Below are positions 47,713 through 54,837 of a stretch of 54,837 nt of DNA, piece after piece. The stretch covers positions 1 through 54,837 of the forward strand of contig JAQBFM010000079.1 in NCBI GenBank assembly GCA_032123355.1, written 5' to 3'. The position numbers and the translations under genes are program-made. The notes beneath the pieces were generated by a model. That model ran no database searches, was not told where the DNA came from, and saw only the letters and a program-made list of their open reading frames with translations. The number at the start of each line of letters is the position of its first letter. The stretch's first letter is position 1. This DNA is from Lentisphaerales bacterium. GTDB taxonomy: Bacteria; Verrucomicrobiota; Kiritimatiellia; SPBP01.

Positions 47713-48576
47713 TCATTTCCTGCTCGCACGTTCCAGTACGTCCCGGTCCTTGCTGCTCAACGAGCTCCAACCGCCATTCGCCAACTTGTCCAGAACCCGA
47801 TCCACTTCCCGCGTTGAAGGAGTCTCGTCACCCTTCCACACAACGCGCGGACGAGCCTTCTTAATCCTCAAACCCACTCGTCGAAATCTGTTGGTAAGCC
47901 ATTGGAGTACCTTTGGTTCCGTAGTCCTGCTCATGCCACCGTAGATTCCGTAACGTGCAACCCGCCGACCGTAGAAGTAACCCGCAAGTCCGCCGGCAAG
48001 GTGAGCCATGTGCGCAACGCCTCCAAGTCTGCCGAAATACGAGGCAGCAATCGATATAAGTGCCAGAATAATCACCAGCGTTCGCGCCTGCATCGTTATC
48101 GGAAAGAAGTAGAAGAGGATCGTCAACGGCCGCCTCGGATAGAGCCCTGCAAATGCACCGACAATCCCGTATATCGCGCCGGACGCACCAACGCAGCTCA
48201 TTCCGGACCGTGCCGAGATGATCAGCCAGCCGAGCCCTCCCACGATGCCGCAAAGCAAATACAGTCGTATGAACCGACCGGACCCCACAGTCCGTTCGAC
48301 CTCAGGACCAAGGAAGTAAAGCGGCAGGATGTTGAACAAGAGATGCCAGATATTCGCATGCAGAAACATGTACGTCACTATCTGCCATATCCTGAACTTC
48401 GAGACGAAGTCCCAGCTTAGTGCCACACCATCCAGGCTCCACCCGAACCCTCGCACAAGAGATGTCTGCGCCACGAACGACGCGGCAAGCGCGATCATAA
48501 GCGCCTTCACCACCGGCGTTGGTCGCGGCATCATTATCCCCGGCATATACCCACCATCTGAATCAGTCATTCGCAT
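47713..48576 (-). CDS. Rhomboid family intramembrane serine protease
   Basis: WQIVTYMFLH..WHLLFN, GASGAIYG (Ser), AHLAG (His); C-terminal VDRVLDK...GWSSLS..DR..L helix. Confidence 0.93.
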   Translation of the reverse strand: MRMTDSDGGYMPGIMMPRPTPVVKALMIALAASFVAQTSLVRGFGWSLDGVALSWDFVSKFRIWQIVTYMFLHANIWHLLFNILPLYFLGPEVERTVGSGRFIRLYLLCGIVGGLGWLIISARSGMSCVGASGAIYGIVGAFAGLYPRRPLTILFYFFPITMQARTLVIILALISIAASYFGRLGGVAHMAHLAGGLAGYFYGRRVARYGIYGGMSRTTEPKVLQWLTNRFRRVGLRIKKARPRVVWKGDETPSTREVDRVLDKLANGGWSSLSSKDRDVLERASRK

Positions 48577-48668
48577 GTAGAAACAGCCCTTCGTCTTGAT
48601 CGCTATCCCTAATACATACAGCACCACAGCAGAAATTCAAATTCTATCCGGCATTCCAGCCAGTCTTC

Positions 48669-48684
48669 TGTACATCACCGTACA
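48669..48684. promoter_or_regulatory. Palindromic operator candidate TGT-N10-ACA
   Basis: tgtac-atcacc-gtaca in the divergent gap between rhomboid and the FHA-sigma54 activator. Confidence 0.4.
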
Positions 48685-48724
48685 CAGGCTCTGCAGCGGT
48701 GTAGCCTTCTGTATGCACATTTCA

Positions 48725-48753
48725 TTGATTTCGTCTTAATCCGGGTGTAATCT
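48725..48753 (+). promoter_or_regulatory. sigma70-type promoter for the FHA-sigma54 activator gene
   Basis: TTGATT-17 bp-TAATCT, ATG 11 nt later, no SD. Confidence 0.55.
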
Positions 48754-48763
48754 CCACACAGTA

Positions 48764-50125
48764 ATGAAGATAACGACCCCAACCGTGATCGTGAAGCGCA
48801 AAGGCAAGCCCGATTCACTGCTTGTTCAGAAGTCCAGAATCATCGTGATTGATGGTGCGCAGCAGGGCGATGAGATTGTCCTGGAGTCCGAACGTTTTAC
48901 GATGGGTTCCTCGCCGCAGAACGACATGGTCATCGTTGATCCGGCAGTCTCCAAGCAACACTGCGAGATCCAGCTATTTCCCCAGGGCTATCTCATCCGC
49001 GATCTCGAGAGTACCAACGGGACCTTCGTGCATGGTGTCCGGGTCACCGACGCGTTCCTTAACGACGGCTCCGAAATCACGCTCGGCACAACACGGCTTC
49101 TCTTCTGCCCTCTCCAGGCTACGACCGAGTTCACACTCAGCGACAACGACATGTTCGGCCGGGTAATCGGCAAGAGTATCGCGATGAAGAAACTCTTCTA
49201 CATCGCAGAAACCTATGCCCCAACCGATACAACGATCCTTATCGAAGGAGCAACGGGCACCGGCAAGGAGATTCTTGCGGAAGAGATTCACAATCACAGC
49301 AAGCGGCGCGACGGTCCGTTTGTTGTGATCGATTGCGGCGCACTCTCTCACGGCATCGTGGAGAGCGAGCTTTTTGGTCACACAAGGGGCGCCTACACAG
49401 GCGCCGCCACAGATCGGATGGGAGCCTTCGAGCAGGCTAACGGTGGCACCATCTTCATAGACGAAATAAGCGAACTCGACTTGATGTTACAGCCCAAACT
49501 CCTGCGCGTTCTTGAGAAGAAGGAAGTCCGGCGCATGGGTTCGAACAAGATGAAGCACGTCGACGTAAGGATTATCTGTGCCACGAACCTGTCCCTGGAG
49601 AAGCAGGTCAATTCGTCACGGTTCCGCGAAGATCTCTATTTCAGGATTTCGATCGCTAAGATTGTCCTGCCGCCTCTCCGTAACAGGAAAGAGGACATCT
49701 CCCTGCTTACCCAGCATTTCCTCAAGGAATTCACCGGCGAGGAAGATGCCGGCAAGCTGATCAACCTCCAGAAGACTATGCAGGCGTTCAACGAATACGA
49801 CTGGCCGGGTAATGTGCGTGAACTGAGGAACCTGGTCGAAATGACTGCGCACGCGCCCGAAGGAATGATTGATCCCGGGGCGCACATGTACCTCGGTCGC
49901 ATGGGCAATGCGCCCTCCTCCACGGCCGCTCATCAATATGACGATTCGCCCTTCAAGGAAGCCAAGAACCGTGTGATCGGCGACTTCGAAGAGCATTACC
50001 TGCGCGAACTGCTCGACCGGAACGAATGGAATGTTTCGAAAGCCGCGCGTGAAGCAGACATTGAACGCGTTTACCTGATCCGGCTGATGAAGAAGTATGG
50101 AATGAAACGGACCGACACCATCTGA
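48764..50125 (+). CDS. FHA-domain sigma54-dependent enhancer-binding protein (FHA-AAA+-Fis HTH)
   Basis: FHA: GS...D..VSKQHC..DLESTNGT; AAA+: GATGTGKE, ELFGH.RGAYTGA, DEI, FREDLYFR, WPGNVREL; C-terminal HTH NVSKAAREADI.R. Confidence 0.95.
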   Translation: MKITTPTVIVKRKGKPDSLLVQKSRIIVIDGAQQGDEIVLESERFTMGSSPQNDMVIVDPAVSKQHCEIQLFPQGYLIRDLESTNGTFVHGVRVTDAFLNDGSEITLGTTRLLFCPLQATTEFTLSDNDMFGRVIGKSIAMKKLFYIAETYAPTDTTILIEGATGTGKEILAEEIHNHSKRRDGPFVVIDCGALSHGIVESELFGHTRGAYTGAATDRMGAFEQANGGTIFIDEISELDLMLQPKLLRVLEKKEVRRMGSNKMKHVDVRIICATNLSLEKQVNSSRFREDLYFRISIAKIVLPPLRNRKEDISLLTQHFLKEFTGEEDAGKLINLQKTMQAFNEYDWPGNVRELRNLVEMTAHAPEGMIDPGAHMYLGRMGNAPSSTAAHQYDDSPFKEAKNRVIGDFEEHYLRELLDRNEWNVSKAAREADIERVYLIRLMKKYGMKRTDTI

Positions 50126-50155
50126 CGCGGGCATCGAGGTTCCGGGGAACGGATT

Positions 50156-50290
50156 GTGCGTGAGTGTGGGCGGCAATCGTGTCGAGTCAGGTTGCCGTAA
50201 TGAAGAGAACCCTCCCGCAGAGACGCAGGAAACTGATAGTGTGTGAGTGTGGGGAAACAAACATACTCACACACTCCCAGACTCCCACAC
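50156..50290. repeat. gtgtgagtgtggg direct/inverted repeat cluster
   Basis: gtgcgtgagtgtggg (50156) and gtgtgtgagtgtggg (50239); inverted actcacacact (50265) and actcccacac (50281). Confidence 0.7.
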
Positions 50291-50324
50291 AGGCAGTTCC
50301 CCCTCAGCCTTCCAACATATTGGT

Positions 50325-50353
50325 TTGACCGCCGCATCGCCGACCTGTAGGCT
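50325..50353 (+). promoter_or_regulatory. sigma70-type promoter for fba
   Basis: TTGACC-17 bp-TAGGCT. Confidence 0.55.
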
Positions 50354-50416
50354 GATTCGCAATCTTCGATATCGAAGGCAGCAGCACAAATCACATGAAC
50401 GGAAGGGTACAGCACA

Positions 50417-51367
50417 ATGATCGTATCGACGAAGCAACTGTTTGAACACGCTTATGGAAACTATGCTGTTGGGGCCTACAACATCAACAATCTTGAGCAG
50501 ACCATGGGCCTGTTCCGGGGCTGCATTGACAGCAAGGCCCCGTTCATCATCCAAATATCAAAGGGCGCTCGTTCATACACCAACAAGCTGATGCTTGAGG
50601 CGATGATCCGTACCGCGGGCGACATCTTCCCGGACGCGATCTTCGCTGTTCATCTGGATCATGGTGATGAAGAAGCTTGCATGGACTGCATCGAGAGCGG
50701 GTTCTACAGTTCGGTCATGATTGATGCCAGCGACCAACCCTTCGATGGGAATATCGAGACGACCAAGCGCGTTGTGGACGCGGCCCATGCCAAAGACATC
50801 GCGGTCGAAGCCGAACTCGGGCAACTTGGCGGAGTAGAAGAGCACGTCTCGGTCAGCGAAGAAGACGCACACCTTACCGACCCGGCACAGGTCGAAGAGT
50901 TTGTGCATCGCACGAATTGTGACAGCCTTGCATGCGCGATCGGCACAAGCCATGGAGCCTACAAGTTTACGAGCAGCCAGGGGCTGCACTTCGAAGTAAT
51001 CGAAGAAGTGCGACGTCGCCTACCGGGCTTTCCGATCGTCATGCATGGTTCGAGTTCCGTACCGCAGGACGAAGTCAAGCGCATCAATGCGGCCGGTGGC
51101 GAGATGAAGGGCGCAAAGGGCGTGGATGAGGCCCAGATCAGCAAAGCCGGCAAGATGGGCGTAACGAAGGTGAACATCGACACCGACGGCAGGCTGGTAT
51201 GGTGCCGCGTACACCGCGAGTTCTTCAGAGATAAGCCGGAAGTCTTCGATCTGCGCAAGCCCGGTATCGTCTTCATGGACGAGTACGCCAAGTATATCGT
51301 GCACAAGAATGACGTACTCGGAAGCTCCGGCAAGATCGATGCAGTTCGCAAGCTGGTCTCCAAATAG
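50417..51367 (+). CDS. fba: Fructose-bisphosphate aldolase class II
   Basis: AVGAYNINN, HLDHG, SSVMIDAS, VEAELG, AIGTSHGAYK, VMHGSS, KVNIDTD. Confidence 0.96.
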   Translation: MIVSTKQLFEHAYGNYAVGAYNINNLEQTMGLFRGCIDSKAPFIIQISKGARSYTNKLMLEAMIRTAGDIFPDAIFAVHLDHGDEEACMDCIESGFYSSVMIDASDQPFDGNIETTKRVVDAAHAKDIAVEAELGQLGGVEEHVSVSEEDAHLTDPAQVEEFVHRTNCDSLACAIGTSHGAYKFTSSQGLHFEVIEEVRRRLPGFPIVMHGSSSVPQDEVKRINAAGGEMKGAKGVDEAQISKAGKMGVTKVNIDTDGRLVWCRVHREFFRDKPEVFDLRKPGIVFMDEYAKYIVHKNDVLGSSGKIDAVRKLVSK

Positions 51368-51419
51368 CCGCACTACTTCGCTGATCCGGGCCTTCCGCGC
51401 GAACAAGATAATCGTCCTG

Positions 51420-51829
51420 CCCTACGAAGCCGCTCGCGGCGAAGTAGGGTCCTCGTCCGCCCGACGTAGCCAGGAGGTTCGCTTCGCGGACCGACGGCGA
51501 AGTCGGGACACAAGGTAAAGCGAGGTGCCTCTCCGGCGCCGCATGAATCGTCCTCGTCCTCGCCTGCCCGACGTAGCCTTGGCGAAGTTGGGTCCTCAGT
51601 GAGGAACGCGAAGCGTGACGAACGGTCCTCGTGTGCCAAGCCGTAGTCCCGACCTCGAAGAGAGTCGGGAGACGAAGGCTGGTCCTCGGCAGTTCTGGTG
51701 GGCCGGGCTGTCCCCTGTACCAGAGTCCGTCAGCCGACGGACACGGTACAGGGCACGCCCAGCACGGCCGAACCAGCAGCTTCCGGTACTCGCGATGAGG
51801 CCTGTCCTCCGAAGCTTCCGCGAAGGAGG
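51420..51829. repeat. Mosaic array of palindromic modules separated by GTCCTC linkers (BIME-like)
   Basis: Modules at 51420-51449, 51460-51507, 51567-51592, 51636-51682, 51806-51829 sharing an outer frame CC..cg(a/t)ag ... g(c/a)gaag..GG. Confidence 0.85.
51697..51774. repeat. REP/REPIN-like inverted pair with nested hairpin
   Basis: ccctgtacc ... ggtacaggg around gtccgtc-agcc-gacggac; the left 23 bp recur exactly at 54524. Confidence 0.75.
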
Positions 51830-51974
51830 AACAGCGCCGCCTGCCCCGCACTGTGCTTTGCTCTGGTGCGGGGCGAGCCACCTACTGCGGCCACCGCAAT
51901 GTGGCAGGCAGCAAGTTCCAACTGCGTGCAGTTTCGTAGTGACACCAACGGCACAAGTTCCTACCATTCCCTAC

Positions 51975-52012
51975 TTGGACATTGGATATTCCTTGTTGGA
52001 TATTGGATATTG
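51975..52012. repeat. 7-bp periodic array
   Basis: ttggaca ttggata ttccttg ttggata ttggata ttg. Confidence 0.85.
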
Positions 52013-52076
52013 AAGGGGGCGAGGCAGCCGATTCTCCTGCAACTTGATTACAGTGAGACATTAAGGATGGCGCATC

Positions 52077-53369
52077 ATGATACCACGCTACACCGGCAGT
52101 GAAATGGGGGCCATCTGGTCGGACGAAAACAAGTATGCCGTCTGGCTCAAGATTGAAATACTTGCGTGCGAAGCAATGCATAAGCAGGGCCTCGTACCCG
52201 CCGCCGACCTGGCCCGCATCAAGAGACGGGCCCGCTTCAACGTTGCTCGGATCGATAAGCTCGAGCTCAAGGTGCGCCACGACGTTATCGCGTTTCTGTC
52301 AAATGTCGCCGAATATGTCGGCCCGTCCTCCCGCTATATCCATCGCGGCCTCACGAGCTCCGATATCCTGGACACCGCGCTCGCAGTCCAGATGAAACAG
52401 GCGATCGGCATCCTGATTAAGGACGCGCAGGCAGTACGGAGCGCGGCTGCGGCCAAGGCAAAGAAGTTCAAGTGCACCCCGATGATCGGACGCTCGCACG
52501 GTGTTCATGCGGAGCCTATCACCTTCGGCCTCAAGATGGCCCTTATGTATGACGAGTTCGGGCGAGCCATAGACCGTCTGAAGCGCGCGCAGGATATCAT
52601 ATCTGTCGGCCAGCTTTCGGGCGCAGTGGGAACCCATGCTCATCTCTCACCCGTTGTTGAGAAATACGTCTGCCGAAAACTGGGGCTGAAACCGGCCGCC
52701 ATTTCCACACAGGTACTCCAGAGGGACCGGCATGCGGAATACATGTCCGCCCTCGCCCTCTGCGGGGCATCTGTCGAACGATGGGCCCAGGAATTCCGGC
52801 ACCTGCAACGTACCGAGGTGCTCGAGGTCGAGGAGTATTTCGGGAGCAAGCAGAAAGGATCTTCTGCGATGCCACATAAGAAGAATCCTATCACCGGTGA
52901 AAAACTCTGCGGCCTGGCACGCATCATCAGGGGCAACCTTGTCGCGGCCCTCGAGAATGTTGCGCTCTGGCACGAACGCGACATTTCGCACTCATCCGTC
53001 GAACGCATCATACTACCCGACAGTACCATTGCGCTTGATCACATGCTCGTCTCACTTGACGGTCTGGTCAGACAGATGAAGGTCAGCCCGAAACGCATGC
53101 TGGCAAACATGAATCTTACGCGCGGCCTGATTCACTCGCAGCAACTGCTGCTTGCCCTTGCCGACTCCGGACTCGAGCGGGATCTCGCCTACCGCATCGT
53201 TCAACGAAACGCGATGAAATCGTGGGAGACCGGAAAGGACTTCAGGACCCTGATCGAAGCAGACCCGGATATTGTTTCAAGGGTCTCAGCCAAGGCAATA
53301 GACCGTGCTTTCGATCTCGACGTGCACTTCAAGGATGTCGACAGAACATTCAAAGCCCTGGGGCTCTGA
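52077..53369 (+). CDS. purB: Adenylosuccinate lyase
   Basis: MIPRY, RHDV, H.GLTSSD, GRSHGVHAEP, GSSAMPHKKNP, LWHERDISHSS. Confidence 0.98.
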   Translation: MIPRYTGSEMGAIWSDENKYAVWLKIEILACEAMHKQGLVPAADLARIKRRARFNVARIDKLELKVRHDVIAFLSNVAEYVGPSSRYIHRGLTSSDILDTALAVQMKQAIGILIKDAQAVRSAAAAKAKKFKCTPMIGRSHGVHAEPITFGLKMALMYDEFGRAIDRLKRAQDIISVGQLSGAVGTHAHLSPVVEKYVCRKLGLKPAAISTQVLQRDRHAEYMSALALCGASVERWAQEFRHLQRTEVLEVEEYFGSKQKGSSAMPHKKNPITGEKLCGLARIIRGNLVAALENVALWHERDISHSSVERIILPDSTIALDHMLVSLDGLVRQMKVSPKRMLANMNLTRGLIHSQQLLLALADSGLERDLAYRIVQRNAMKSWETGKDFRTLIEADPDIVSRVSAKAIDRAFDLDVHFKDVDRTFKALGL

Positions 53370-53395
53370 TCAGGTAATACACGGGAAACGATCCG

Positions 53396-54451
53396 ATGAA
53401 ATCTGTTCAAAAGAAGAAATCTGCATATGCCAGGGCCGGCGTTGATATCGACGAGATGATGGCCGGACTCGACGCTGCAAAGCGGATGATAAATGGAACA
53501 GCCATTAAGGGTGTTCTCAGCACAGTCGGATCCTTCGGGGGCCTGTTCCAGTTGCCCGGCACCGGCAACGTACTCGTTGCAAGCACCGACGGAGTCGGCA
53601 CAAAACTGAAGGTTGCGCTCATGGCCCGACGGCACGACACCGTCGGGCGTGACCTCGTAAATCACTGTGTAAACGATATCCTTGTGCAAGGCGCAAAGCC
53701 GCTCTTCTTCCTCGATTATCTCGGGGCTTCCGGCCTGACAACGTCCGTCTTCGTCAAGGTGATATCCGGATTGTGCGTAGCGTGCAGGCAGAACGGCTGC
53801 GCATTGCTCGGAGGCGAAACCGCCGAGATGCCCGGTTTGTATCCCAAGGGTGAATATGATCTTGTCGGAACAATAATCGGGGTCGTGCCCAGGCGCCGCA
53901 TCATCACCGGGTCGCGTATCAAGAGCGGGGACGTCATCATCGGGTTGCCATCCTCCGGCCTTCACACGAACGGTTATTCGCTTGCCCGGAAAGTCATATT
54001 CGAGAAAGCAGGCCTGACTGTAGCGGATATTCTGCCGGGCACCCGCCGGACTGTCGGTGACGTGCTGCTGGCCGTTCATCGGAGTTACCTGGCGCCCGTG
54101 CAGACCATGTTGCACGCCGGTGTGCCGATTCATGGAATGGCACATATTACCGGTGGTGGATTGCCCGACAATACCGCGCGGATCATGCCGGACGGCACAT
54201 CTGCAGTGTATGACAGGTCATCATGGCAGCCGCCTCCGGTGTTTTCGTTCATCCGGAAGACGGGCCGCATCGACCTGGACGAGATGTATCGGGTTTTCAA
54301 TATGGGTATCGGCCTTTCGATTATCATGCCACCGTCCGCTGTCGCACGCGCAACCGGCATCCTGAAGAAGGCGCGGGTTAGCCCCACCGTAGTCGGATGC
54401 GTCAAGAAAGGCAGTCGTGCCGTCGTTCTTGAGAACACGCCTTCCCCCTGA
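53396..54451 (+). CDS. purM: Phosphoribosylformylglycinamidine cyclo-ligase (AIR synthetase)
   Basis: YARAGVDI, STDGVGTK, NDILVQGA.PLFFLDY, GGETAEMPG, SSGLHTNGYSL, HITGGG, FNMGIG. Confidence 0.98.
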   Translation: MKSVQKKKSAYARAGVDIDEMMAGLDAAKRMINGTAIKGVLSTVGSFGGLFQLPGTGNVLVASTDGVGTKLKVALMARRHDTVGRDLVNHCVNDILVQGAKPLFFLDYLGASGLTTSVFVKVISGLCVACRQNGCALLGGETAEMPGLYPKGEYDLVGTIIGVVPRRRIITGSRIKSGDVIIGLPSSGLHTNGYSLARKVIFEKAGLTVADILPGTRRTVGDVLLAVHRSYLAPVQTMLHAGVPIHGMAHITGGGLPDNTARIMPDGTSAVYDRSSWQPPPVFSFIRKTGRIDLDEMYRVFNMGIGLSIIMPPSAVARATGILKKARVSPTVVGCVKKGSRAVVLENTPSP

Positions 54452-54523
54452 CGGAACGACTCAAGACCAGCATCTTCTGGTACTCCCGCTGGGGCTTGTC
54501 CTCCGTATTGACCTACGGCAAAA

Positions 54524-54546
54524 GGTGGGCCGGGCTGTCCCCTGTA
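54524..54546. repeat. Exact 23-bp direct repeat of 51697-51719
   Basis: ggtgggccgggctgtcccctgta at both sites. Confidence 0.95.
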
Positions 54547-54679
54547 GGCGCTTCCGGGTTTGTGGGGGGATTTGTCATTGGCCATATGCACATACACGCT
54601 CTGGCAGGCCGATGAAGTCGGACGATTAAGCGTAACCAAACAAGGCGGCCGGAGGCCACAACCAAAGAATCCGGCCGCC

Positions 54680-54761
54680 GTCACAGGTGCAGGTCGAAAG
54701 TGAAAGTGATGAGCGTACTCCCCAAACGGCTTCCGGCTTCCTCAGCACTTGCACCTGTGAC
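54680..54761. repeat. 12-bp inverted repeat with short-period flanks
   Basis: gtcacaggtgca (54680) / tgcacctgtgac (54750); adjacent gaaagt-gaaagt. Confidence 0.7.
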
Positions 54762-54837
54762 CTGCCACCTTCACCGCCTTAATCCGGCGCCAATTTTCTT
54801 GTTTTTTATCGCAGGCGCGCCGGATTAAGGCACTAAG

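Noticed and set aside
50190-50235. c-di-GMP riboswitch (gacgca motif)
   Set aside because: Only a short match; the GGCAAAC/GNRA P2 architecture is missing
51420-51829. CRISPR array
   Set aside because: Units vary in length and sequence, the linkers are constant rather than unique spacers, and no cas genes are present
51830-52076. ZTP, PRPP or purine riboswitch upstream of purB
   Set aside because: Hairpins are present but none of the conserved aptamer motifs were found, and there is no terminator U-tract

Overview
Mostly housekeeping chromosome of a fairly GC-rich bacterium, most likely PVC superphylum (Kiritimatiellae/Verrucomicrobia/Lentisphaerae-like; inferred from gene content and order, not from a database search). 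It carries an FMN-riboswitch-led ribBA-ribH-nusB-ribD-ribE operon, RNase P RNA, lepA-lepB, rpe, pdp-punA-cca-panD, coaE-rho-tig-clpP-clpX, rpoD, deoB, fba, purB-purM and one tRNA-Arg(TCT). The main multi-gene system is a five-gene type IV pilus-like envelope locus (30727->23416) in the order of Akkermansia Amuc_1102-1098. The most unusual signals are: a secreted NucA/EndoG-fold protein whose catalytic motif is replaced; a stand-alone PolA 5'-3' exonuclease domain upstream of coaE-rho; three CTAG-bounded palindromic mini-elements; a nested mosaic of palindromes between fba and purB, with a 23-bp direct repeat bracketing purB-purM; a tRNA with a compensatory U19-A56 tertiary pair; an FMN aptamer with an extra hairpin in L2; a membrane-anchored RRM protein behind an RpoD with a histone-like basic tail; and a deoxyhypusine-synthase-like orphan. 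No CRISPR array, transposase, integrase, prophage or rRNA was seen. All family assignments come from motif recognition by eye.
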